Shown here piece after piece: positions 26,180 to 36,489 of a stretch of DNA of 64,000 nt. Position 1 is the stretch's first letter. Each line of letters begins with the position of its first letter. Source of the DNA: Calcarisporiella thermophila CBS 279.70 (lineage: Eukaryota > Fungi > Calcarisporiellomycota); NCBI RefSeq assembly GCF_041956535.1, contig NW_027192198.1, forward strand, positions 901,834 to 965,833. Direction: 5' to 3'. The notes under the pieces were generated by a model. It searched no databases and was not told the DNA's origin. It saw only the letters and a list, made by a program, of their open reading frames with translations. The translations under genes and the position numbers were made by a program.

Positions 26180-27026
26180 TCTGTCTATGATTTCAACTGG
26201 TGGTGAAGACAAATTTTATACTCTGTAATTCTTATACTGATGATGGTTAATAATATTTCGAGAATCCGAGCCAAGGATATCGGCGTTTTCCTCTTCTGAT
26301 CTCTACTTCATGGAATAAAGCTGGAAGCAAGTGTAAAATTAGATAGACCCAAATAAGTGATGGATTTCCACGATTGAAAATTCTTGCAGACTCGGTTGTA
26401 AATATAAATCTCGCTCTCAGGTCTCAAATATAGACCCAACATATCACAGCTATAAGTTTTAGACAAAAATTATTACCGTATAAAGAGTATAAAAGTTTAA
26501 ATTTAAAATAATGATTAGAAAACAGTATGTCCGTATGGATAAAATTGTTACCAATTCTGTTAAAAAGACGAGAATGAAAAATAAAGCAAAAAAGATTGCC
26601 CCAATGCGGCCGGCAGCATATTATTTGCTGCGCCACTTTTTGTATTGAGTCCGTTGCATCACATTTTTAAAATATTTTTCAAACCAATTTGTCGCAGCTG
26701 CGTAAATAGTACATTATGCACTGCGAAAATGGATTTGGTTCGAATCTTGTGAATGCGTGGATGCATTACTGTACTTTACTGAAAGACTTTAACACTTTCT
26801 AACAATCTTGTCGAAACTTATGGACACCGCTGAGCATTACAAGATTTTTACGCTTTTCGTAGGGCTGTGATTACACAGTGTTACATTCGGGTTTGGCCAA
26901 ACTACGGACTACTTTCCTTTTCTAGAGCTGCAGCGCATATGAAAGACGAGTGGCAGATGTGGCGGTTCAACCGTAATAATTCACGACCTGCCCTACTCCA
27001 TAAGCTTCTTTATTCCTTTGTGAAGA

Positions 27027-28645
27027 ATGGCAAAAGTCATTGGAACATTAGTTGCTGTCGTCCATAAAGCTGTAAATAATAGTTTGGTCGTGGATAATAT
27101 TTGCAATCCTCTCTAACGAACCACCCAATTGAATTAGCGACAGTTAAATAAACTTGCAAATGTGGGAATGCAATCCATTTACTGCACCGTGTCTTTAGGT
27201 GATAATGTTCAGAAGACCTTGGTCGACCCCAGAGGTGGGCAGACCCCCAGTTTTGGCTCAGAGCATCGCTTTATGCTGTGTGAAGGCTCCCCGGATCTAT
27301 TAATTCAAGTATTCAGTGGCGACTACTCCAAACCCCAACTCATCGGAGAGACACGAATCAATGTAGATAAGATTGTCGAGCAAGGAGAATGGAATGGTAA
27401 GTTCCGTATTTTAGGACAGAGAAAGCCGGTATTGGAATATTCAAGATACTTTAGAGTGGTTTAAAATTGCTTTAGGTGAGAGATATGCTGGTGAGGTTTT
27501 TATTAAGTTTGCTTTGTATTGCCAAGTAAGTGGCTCTATTTTCTTATATAGCGTAAGTTTGACACACCTTTGACTTTGCATAGAATGCTCCATCACGCTC
27601 AATCTCGCAACCAATATCCACAACCCATTTGCCGCCACCTCTATCGAATACCCTGCTTCATAGTTCACCCTCAGCTTCTCCTCCCATACCAAACAAACCC
27701 CCAGATATACCAACAATATCGACACACAATGACACGGTTGTCGTGTGGAACGGCTCCGAGCTGGTTCCATACTCTCCGCCCCATAGCCTCACCTCGACTC
27801 GCATATCCCCTGTGTACTCGCATAAAGATACGATTGTAACTTGGAAACCGACAACTGAATCCCCAATAGGCATCAACACTTCGAGACATAGTCCACGACC
27901 GCTTCTCGGTATGTCGCCCACTTTTCCTCGGTCCAGCTACGTCCCATCTCTATCCTCATCTAAACAGCACGTCGCTCCTCCGTTCTCCTTCCCGGAATCA
28001 CCACACCCGCCTTTTTCTCATTCTGTGTCAAGGCCACCATTCTGCTGGACAATTCCAGAAAATCCACTGCACTCATCGAACACTAGGGCAAACTTCCCAC
28101 GACACACTGGAGGGAATTTAGGCAGACCATCAGCTTCAGATTCAATCCAAACTGAGCGAGCCTCCTTTTGTATGTCCCCCAATGAAATAGCAACAAGAGA
28201 CCGAAATCATTTTCCTATTCCGACGCTGCGTTACCAGACTAGATCCAGTCAGCCATCTTCCCCTTCTCCAAGACACCACGCTACATCATGGTCTCCGCTT
28301 CCATCAAACCACTCAATACCGCACTGGAATGAGTATTGCTTGCCCCAATTTATTGGAAGTCCAAGCCAAATGTACCGCCCATATTTTCCTCCATCCTATG
28401 AAGATAATCAATATCATATGCGCCCTGCCCACGAGTCAACTGGCCCCGAACCACTTTCCTCCTCGGTACGGCCACTCTCTAGTCCTTGCTCACCCAAACC
28501 AATAGCAGCTATTGCTTTCCCGGAACCTCAGCTAGACTCTACGTTCTCTACATCGGCTCAAGAGTGTGACCTGCAACACCACTTTGAACCTCCTCCACCG
28601 CAAGTCCCTCGAAGAAAGCGTTCCAAAACTGAACTGAATCAATGA
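27027..28645 (+). CDS. C2-domain cytokinesis ingression protein (Inn1/Fic1-like) with Pro/Ser-rich tail
   Basis: Spliced MAKVIGTLVAVVHKA..QSIYCTVSLG..KTLVDPRGGQTPSF..LIGET..EWFKI..YAGEVFIKF resembles the Fic1/Inn1 C2 domain; many PxxP motifs downstream. Confidence 0.75.
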
Positions 28646-28797
28646 GTTTTAATCGTGTTTTCTTAATGAAATAATCAATTCAACATTATCTTCCAAATAC
28701 CATTCATCCTATAAGCATTCTGGGACATTTTTCACTTAATTACTATTTTGATCAGCGAAAACTCTCTCGAGATGCTCATCTATTAAATACAGTGTAC

Positions 28798-30154
28798 TTA
28801 TTTATCTTCCTCATTCGCAAAAAACATCTTTTTGTTCTGAAACTTCAACACCTCGTTTCCCCAGCTAGTCCATCCAGGAAGAAGATTGCGAGCAAAGAGC
28901 TCCAAACAACGTGGCGTGTTCGGTAAATGGGTGGCAAGAATTTCTGTCCAACCACGGCAGAAAGAAAACATAGATTGTGAAAACGGACAAAGGAAGCGGT
29001 GGTTACTAAGACGCTTACCATGTAACGGTGGTTTCCTTGAATGATTATGGCTCGGAACCCCTACCATGACTCGTTTCTCTACTTCAACCTCGCTTTTTAT
29101 CCCCATTTTCCCAATGATAAGCCTTTCATATGGCTTCCGGTGTGGGCTTTCCAAATTTACAACTGGCTCCCCCTGTATTGTCACTTTCAACCAGCACATT
29201 TCTTCAATTAGACGTACCCCCCAAATCGGAAAGAGTTTTTCCACGACAAGACGACGGAATTTCGGCTTATTGGTACACCAGACTGCAATTGTACCTGTGC
29301 CTGAGGGATTTAGCAGACGCCGGATAGGAATTTTATGAAGATCATAGGCGTCGATGGGCATATAGGCAGAGGAGCGTGAGATAGATTTATTGGGCCACGG
29401 CGGATCAAGCACAATAAGATCAAAGTAGCCATGACGTTCGGCTGAAGATCAAATAATATGTCAATAATACATTCTGAAATTTTGAGATTAGAAATAGTGC
29501 TAGGTACCATGTTTGGCCAATATTTTTATATCCGCAATGTCTGAGAGGAGAAATGTAGAGCCAGGTGGTATCAAGTATTTTGATCCAGCATAGGAGAGAT
29601 TAAGAGTTGTGCGGGTTGAATTGGTGATAAGACGATGGAAAATTTCTGTCGTTTCGAGCTCGGTATCTTCTGGAAGTAAAAATGCAACTAAATACGGAAT
29701 GGGTATATATAACTGGTTTTTGTATTTTACCATTAAGGATTGTTTCACCTTCGTTCACTTCCAGCATTGCATTTCTCCTCATGGAATCCACCATCGAAAT
29801 TAATCCAACAAAATCCATATTTTCTTTATCATCATACACTACCTCATTCCCAGTTCTCACTCGATACTCGGCGTTCCAACCTTCACGTATCTCTCTCAGT
29901 CCTAAGGCAATAATTTCTCTCATCATTGAGTGATAGTCTTCATCAAATTGCCCCGTAGTGACTGCTTCATTATTTTCGTCGCCATGTTCACAAGTTGCGT
30001 CGGTACTAGAATCTCTTTTCCTTTTTTTTGGAAGTGAGGCAGAATAGGGAACTGTTACTTCAAATTCAGCGGTGTTGAGAACAAATCCTGCTGTAGAAAA
30101 TCCTCGAGCTAAATCTATAAGCAGGGCATGAGGTGTTTCTAGAAGTATTGACAT
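28798..30154 (-). CDS. METTL4: MT-A70 family N6-adenine methyltransferase, METTL4-like
   Basis: DPPWPNKSISRSSAY, AVWCTNKPKFR, WLKVT..GEP, HRKPYE, HSRKPPL, LELFARNLLPGWTSWGNEVLKFQ; upstream exon YLIPPGSTFLLSDI. Confidence 0.9.
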
Positions 30155-32108
30155 ATTACAATGAAGAATATCATAAAGTGACTTTAAATCCGAATTCAAT
30201 TTAGAAATGGATACGCGTAAATAAAAAAGGCTCAACTTGACGCGTATGGTGAAGGGTTGGGCAAAAACAACATAGATTACTGTGTTAAAATTTTGAACAT
30301 TTAGGATCCTCTTGTGTACATACTTCAAGGATACTGTTAAACACCCTTTTGAATCCGTAATATAGTAAACATGTAGGAACTTTTCTACTTTAATATTTTG
30401 CAAGCAGCCAATTTGTCAAGAAAGAGAGCGCCACAACCATATCATGGGTAGAACACAAAGATGCTCAAACCCACTGACACACTGGTACCAGTAGTGAATA
30501 CATGTTTATGGACTAATTAAGACTTAATTCTTTGGGTTCTCGTATTGGAAAAATGAATTAATCTTGTCACAAAATTTTAAAACCTGCTAGACATAGAGAA
30601 GGGTACAAGCAGGGTGTAAGAATTTTGTAAAATATTGCTCTCCCGAAGCATTAAAAAACGACAGCCCATAAAAGCGACAGGAAACGTCCGACTACGTCCA
30701 GTTATAACTTCGAGATAATCAAGTGAAATTGAAAATATGAACTCACCATTTAATTTCTGTAAATAATAAAGGAAGTTTAGGGGAAGATTATTCCTAGTGA
30801 ATCAAACGATTTGGAGGAGCTTAATTTTGTGAATAAAAATTTGTATTTTGAGTAGATCATTGTTGAATTCAATGTTAATCAGATGAGTTGACGAAGAGAT
30901 CGCAAAAAAAAGAAAATTAAAAATTGAATAGTTCATATAATCATGCAATCATAAAAACGTCAAGTTTTTGAAATGCATTCTTATATAGACAGATGGAAGT
31001 ATGGATGGAAGGATGGATGGATGAAGGGTAATAAATGAGGAAACTCTCTGAGGTTTCTCAAATTCGTCCTTATATACCTCCTTTTAAAACTCAATTTCAA
31101 ATTTAATAAACTCCACTATTAAAAAAATTCACTTATATTCGTAAAAACAGAAATACGCTTTTGCAAAGGAATTGATATTTATCTTTCATATTACAGTAAG
31201 CTAATGGACATAATTAATATAACAAAAGTAAGCATTATTCTATGTTAAAATTACCTTGTCAATACATTTTGCTAAAGCAGAATAATGAATAATCAATAAA
31301 TTTACGAGTTACAACTAAAATCGGCTGCGATATACTGTGCTCATCGTTTTCAGTAGCGATTTTTATATTTCATTATTTACATGTTGGTGACAAAGGGCTA
31401 AGAGATACCAGCCTCAAGCAAGAAGTAAGTGCTAGAGTGAGAACGGGATCAGAATCCTTTTTAATAATTTAATATTCCTGGGAGATATCACTATATTCCT
31501 CCTCCGTCTTTAAAGTAACGAGAGTGCCTTGCTTCGTTTTGTTCACAACACATGTATAGAATTCACCAACTTGAAACTGAACAGGGTATAGAAACTTCGG
31601 CATTTTGCTCGAACAGAATTTTATAATTATTTCCAATATAACATTTGGCAGAATGTGTGAAATAATCAACGACGCGCAATATTTACAAACCCCTATAGAG
31701 TAAATGGTTTAGTAATAAACACGAGTGCAAAAACTTAACAATTCCACGAGAAACAACTTATACACTAACGTTCTGAGAATGTATCTCTTGAGAAAATCTG
31801 CTGGCTGACTTTGAGCATTTGAACATGGTTGCTGGGCAAGTAATTGGTTTGACAATTAATTGGGGCAGATGGTCGGCTTGCTTTGTAATGCAAGCGCAGC
31901 TATGTAGTATCAATAAAAGCAAACAAAATTATTGCACTCATATTGCCTACTAAATGATTTACACAATAGTTTCTCTGCCACAGATGGTTTCCCATATTCC
32001 CACCAAATGCTTCGCTGCTCAGGAGGATATTAGAAAATGAACAAGAAGGAAAATAAACAATTGTAGTTTATTTTCATAAAGATGATCGCAGTACTACAAC
32101 AGACCAAC

Positions 32109-32429
32109 TTAGAACACAAGTGCAGCACCTTTGTTTTTCTTCTCACCACCAAGCTCGAAATGCTTGCAGCGTTTGATGGCAACTAGTTTCTTGTACTTGC
32201 ACACAGTGCACTCAAGTCGCAACACAACCTTCTTGGTGGTCTTGGCTTTCTTGTGGAAGACAGGCTTGGTCTGACCACCATAACCGGACTGTTTGCGATC
32301 AAAACGGCGCTTACCCTGAGGGGTATCAGATTTTTTGCCCTTCTTGTACTGCGTCACCTTGTGGAGTGTGTGCTTTTTGCACTTCTTTCCAGCGCAGAAG
32401 GTGTTCCTTGTCTTCGGGATATTGACCAT
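32109..32429 (-). CDS. RPL42: 60S ribosomal protein eL42 (L36a/L44); 5' UTR intron ~32431-32530
   Basis: [51 protein letters not shown]. Confidence 0.97.
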   Translation of the reverse strand: MVNIPKTRNTFCAGKKCKKHTLHKVTQYKKGKKSDTPQGKRRFDRKQSGYGGQTKPVFHKKAKTTKKVVLRLECTVCKYKKLVAIKRCKHFELGGEKKNKGAALVF

Positions 32430-33039
32430 TCTAGGCGGATGAATGCAAGTCACTTTATAATAAGATTTCAAAAGGAGAAAAAACAAAGAGTAACCACATG
32501 ATCCTGGTGGGATAGCTGTGGTTTACTTACCTCAATTATAATTTCAAAAAGAACTATAGCGTATTTCGTGAACTAACAATATTTCACGGAGACACTTCAG
32601 TTCGTAAATTGCAAACTGATGTTCAAAAATACAAGATCTATGGACTATTTTACGCTTAAATATTCAAGTTATGTAGAGTAAGGCACATAAATATATCACC
32701 TAAGGATATACCAAGCTCATGAGTTATTATATTATAGTGATAGCCAGAAAATTTCTTATTTTAGTCATAAGTGCTATGTTGTATACAGACTACCGGAATA
32801 GTTTCCCAATATGGTAATTTCTTTTTTAAATTACCTCAAACTTGTAAAATATAGATGAAAATATCATTGGAAATTATACAGCACACAAGCTAACTTTAGT
32901 AATGCATTATAACCATGTTTAAAAAAGAGATGCTATAACACTGGGATATTGGAGATGAAAAAGGGGTTGAGGTGTGCTTTATGAATGCACTATTACTCTA
33001 TTCTTTTCATGAGTTATGTTTTATCCTCTTTTTAACCAA

Positions 33040-33720
33040 TTTCTTGTGTCATACTTTTACATAATATACAGCTTGCAGCAGTTTCAACATTATTGAATGG
33101 ATCTTGTCGATATGTTCATTCTTTATATCTCTTCACTCCTTCTCTATTCGTTCCCACAGTTCAGACTTGTTCTTTGGAAATCATTGATAATAGCTGAACC
33201 CTAGCTTCAATTCGTTCCGCGTGTGCTTCATGATATTAAAATCCGGAGGCTATGTGAGTCACTTTAGAAAATTCATTTTGTTGCTTTGTTACTAATCTCT
33301 AGTTATTTTGGAAATATATTTGAGACCATTGTCATATAGAAATATGACTTGTAACCTTATGATCCCATAATAATTCAATGATTCAAGTGACTCTCACTGA
33401 AGATATTCGTACATAATATGAATCGAGTCCTCCATTGGTGTTGCACAAATAACCGACGCCATGAGAAGTGACATAGCCCCACCAGCAAAGATCCACTCCC
33501 GCGTTTATGTGTTGGCCTGATATAGTGGTTGTGATTTAGCGCTCCTATGTGCTTGCAGTAGTATTCTCTCCCACCTGTATATGCGAGCGTAATCTGCATG
33601 TCATCCGATAATACAGCTCAATTCTACTCATCCTCAGCTCAAACTTTACACTTATTCGCAAAGTCCAATCAACAACAACAACATACACATTTATCTCGTA
33701 TTCGATCTTGAACCCTTACG
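33040..33720 (-). pseudogene. Degenerate Tc1/mariner DDE transposase
   Basis: Broken frames read VLSDD..GGREYYCK..RPTHKRGSGSLL / WGYVTSHGVGYLC..GGLD / VIFLYDN..K*LT*PPDFN..NELK..PKNKSELWERIEKE*, collinear with the Tc1 motifs SDE, KHGGGS, QDN and WPxQSPDLNPIE. Confidence 0.85.
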
Positions 33721-33970
33721 ATCGAGGCGCTTGTATATTTCTGCATTCCTTCAGTAGATATATGAAAATAATAAAATTTTTTAAAACATGTTGAGTTCAT
33801 TGTCCAATTGGTAATCATATTGAAGCTATGTGTTTTGGGTGAAGGAAATCACATATTTTTAGATTTGTATCTATTTTCCTTTAAAACAAAATTCTTTAAG
33901 CTCTTTTTTATCTTCTGTGGATGCGGGACACCATTTGGATCTCACTATTCTATGCGGCTTATGTGAGTTA

Positions 33971-34258
33971 TTTTTTTTTCCTTGGGATGTATTTTTTACA
34001 TCCACTTGATGATTTTTATCTGAAGGATAGTAGGGTAGACTTCTACGCCAAAATCACTCAGCTACTGCCCCTGGCCTCCCATTTTTGTGGTTAGATTTCT
34101 CCTAAGGATTTTTGCTATCTATTTTTGTAGCCGCTAGATATTACTTGCTTATTGCTATACTATTGATAGCGGTTGATTCCTGAGAAAAACCCGTCAAACT
34201 CTTATGGGCTGGTATCGCCTATGAGAATCGAATCCACAACCTAGTGTTTCGGCTCTGG
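33971..34258 (-). mobile_element. 5'-truncated tRNA-derived SINE (family A) with poly(A), flanked by a target-site duplication
   Basis: Minus strand shows T-arm/B-box GTGGATTCGATTCTCAT followed by 7 nt and ACCA; poly(A) at 33971-33979; TGCGGCTTATGTGAGT lies on both sides (33953 and 34259). Confidence 0.72.
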
Positions 34259-34278
34259 TGCGGCTTATGTGAGTCATA

Positions 34279-34440
34279 TTTTTTTTTGATCAATCAAAGG
34301 GAACTTTTATTAGTTTCCGTAGCTTACAAGGGTTTAATGGTTACAATGAAAAAAGAAAGGGGGAATAAAGAGGTGGGGATATGGTTAGGTGGCAAGGTGG
34401 AAGTTAGATTTTGACAATTTGTGTTAGCCCAGAAAAGGAA
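34279..34440 (-). mobile_element. Short 3' fragment of a non-LTR retroelement (tail family B) with AATAAA, poly(A) and TSD
   Basis: Minus strand ends GGAAACTAATAAAAGTTCCCTTTGATTGATC-A9; flanked by GCTTATGTGAG(T/G)CATA copies at ~34263 and 34441. Confidence 0.75.
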
Positions 34441-34518
34441 GCTTATGTGAGGCATATTTTGTTAAAACTGCGCCTCAAATCAATATATATATGATAAAAA
34501 ATATCACGTGAACAAGAA

Positions 34519-34591
34519 GCCCGGCTAGCTCAATCGGTAGAGCGTGAGACTCTTAATCTCAAGGTTGTGGGTTCGACCCCCACGTTGGGCG
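34519..34591 (+). tRNA. tRNA-Lys(CTT)
   Basis: GCCCGGCTAGCTCAATCGGTAGAGCGTGAGACTCTTAATCTCAAGGTTGTGGGTTCGACCCCCACGTTGGGCG; cloverleaf with CTT anticodon; downstream oligo-T terminator. Confidence 0.97.
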
Positions 34592-34901
34592 GTCCTTTTT
34601 TTATCATTTTTGGAATATTATGCTCGAAGAATGACTTAACTACTAGTTTTTTTTTTATCTACGAGAGAAGTGTAATGATTCAAGTGCAAAATTATAAGTG
34701 GAAAATTTTTAATAGTACCTCTTTATCTTCGTTATTACCTTATTTCTATAATCTACAATCTTTTATGGTTTCCACTTTTTCACCCTTATATTAGCTATTG
34801 AAAAATACCCTTTCAAAATATAATGATAAACTAACATTTTGAAAAAAAAAATAAAATCCATCATTTAATACTCTCTTTTATGATAATGTTCCAAAAGTAA
34901 A

Positions 34902-34974
34902 CGCCCAACGTGGGGGTCGAACCCACAACCTTGAGATTAAGAGTCTCACGCTCTACCGATTGAGCTAGCCGGGC
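34902..34974 (-). tRNA. tRNA-Lys(CTT)
   Basis: Exact reverse complement of 34519-34591. Confidence 0.97.
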
Positions 34975-35056
34975 TTCTTGTTCACGTGATATTTTTTATC
35001 ATATATATATTGATTTGAGGCGCAGTTTCTGCAGAGTTAAAAAAGAGGGAGGGTGG

Positions 35057-35806
35057 GGGAGGGTTAGTGNNNNNNNNNNNNNNNNNNNNNNNNNNNNNNN
35101 NNNNNNNNNNNNNNNNNNNNNNNNNNNNNNNNNNNNNNNNNNNNNNNNNNNNNNNNNNNNNNNNNNNNNNNNNNNNNNNNNNNNNNNNNNNNNNNNNNNN
35201 NNNNNNNNNNNNNNNNNNNNNNNNNNNNNNNNNNNNNNNNNNNNNNNNNNNNNNNNNNNNNNNNNNNNNNNNNNNNNNNNNNNNNNNNNNNNNNNNNNNN
35301 NNNNNNNNNNNNNNNNNNNNNNNNNNNNNNNNNNNNNNNNNNNNNNNNNNNNNNNNNNNNNNNNNNNNNNNNNNNNNNNNNNNNNNNNNNNNNNNNNNNN
35401 NNNNNNNNNNNNNNNNNNNNNNNNNNNNNNNNNNNNNNNNNNNNNNNNNNNNNNNNNNNNNNNNNNNNNNNNNNNNNNNNNNNNNNNNNNNNNNNNNNNN
35501 NNNNNNNNNNNNNNNNNNNNNNNNNNNNNNNNNNNNNNNNNNNNNNNNNNNNNNNNNNNNNNNNNNNNNNNNNNNNNNNNNNNNNNNNNNNNNNNNNNNN
35601 NNNNNNNNNNNNNNNNNNNNNNNNNNNNNNNNNNNNNNNNNNNNNNNNNNNNNNNNNNNNNNNNNNNNNNNNNNNNNNNNNNNNNNNNCGAGTGAACATC
35701 TATCGATCCAGGACCTATATCTCGTTATGTTAAGTTCATTGACATTAACTTCATGTAATATATGGAAATTAAATAAAAGTTCCCATTAATTGATCAAAAA
35801 AAAAAA
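35057..35806 (+). mobile_element. Poly(A)-tailed retroelement (tail family B, probably a SINE), partly within the gap
   Basis: 3' end 35716-35806 is highly similar to 36383-36472; AATAAAAGTTCCC..TTGATC-poly(A) then target copy GAGGGAGGGTGG; the gap may hide further inserts. Confidence 0.65.
35070..35688. other. Assembly gap (N run)
   Basis: Run of N. Confidence 1.
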
Positions 35807-35819
35807 GAGGGAGGGTGGA

Positions 35820-36140
35820 AAAACGGCCAGAAGTCCCAACGGAACATGAGCTTAGATATATATTACAGCGACAGTAAATATTACTCTCTTTCAGCACCTT
35901 TGCTTTCTGCTTATCAAACGATATGCGAGAGTAAAGAAAAATTTGCTCTCTACATTTTACTATCTTACATACTCAACCATTCAAATCAACCAACTCTAAC
36001 AATCTATCTACTTTCTTCTCACTTGTAAACCGCTTTAAGGTAGGCTGGGGGCAGTATCCAGGTGATTTTGACGTAGAAGTTACCCTACCGTTTTAACTCT
36101 ACAGGATACTTTTCAATAAAGGTCCTTTGTTAAAAAAAAA
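35820..36140 (+). mobile_element. 5'-truncated non-LTR retroelement 3' end (shares a structured tail motif with SINE family A)
   Basis: AATAAA and poly(A), bounded by GAGGGAGGGTGG copies (35807 and 36141); 36039-36089 aligns with 34029-34080 (minus strand). Confidence 0.7.
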
Positions 36141-36147
36141 GAGGGAG

Positions 36148-36472
36148 GGTGGGATGGTGTAGTGGACTATCCCAAGGATGCCGAATAAAGCGGCGTGGTT
36201 TTGAATCCCACTTCCCCCACCAGCGCTCACTATTAGATCGTATCTGCTGTCCACTTTGATCAATATTGAGTCTCTATTACTTGAAAGATCGCTCCTACGA
36301 AATATTATTGATTTCATGTACGTGCTATTCACGAAAACAATACACGCCTTTCGATTACATGTATATCGATTGCACACCTACCGATCAAAGGCATATATCT
36401 CGTTATCCATTAACATTAACTTTATGTAATATATGGAATTTAATAAAAGTTTCCATTGAATGATCAAAAAAA
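36148..36472 (+). mobile_element. Full-length tRNA-derived SINE (tail family B)
   Basis: A box TGGTGTAGTGG at 36155-36165; T-arm GTGGT-TTTGAAT-CCCAC; acceptor stem GGTGGGA/TTCCCCC; ACCA at 36219-36222; body; AATAAA, poly(A), then target copy GTTAAAAAAGAGGAGG at 36473-36488. Confidence 0.8.
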
Positions 36473-36489
36473 GTTAAAAAAGAGGAGGT

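Larger units (their letters stand above)
34465..35028. repeat. Perfect 127-bp inverted repeat (34465-34591 / 34902-35028) comprising tRNA-Lys plus 54 bp of upstream flank
   Basis: Base-by-base reverse-complement identity; 310-bp spacer. Confidence 0.9.

Noticed and set aside
34240-34258. GCCGAAAC motif suggesting a hammerhead ribozyme
   Set aside because: No CTGANGA core or compatible stems nearby
36148-36222. Possible fourth functional tRNA gene
   Set aside because: No proper anticodon arm, mutated T-loop, encoded CCA and no adjacent oligo-T terminator; interpreted as a SINE head
33953-36488. Short direct repeats with unique spacers resembling a CRISPR array
   Set aside because: Eukaryotic context; spacers are 160-750 bp and end in AATAAA/poly(A); better explained as target-site duplications
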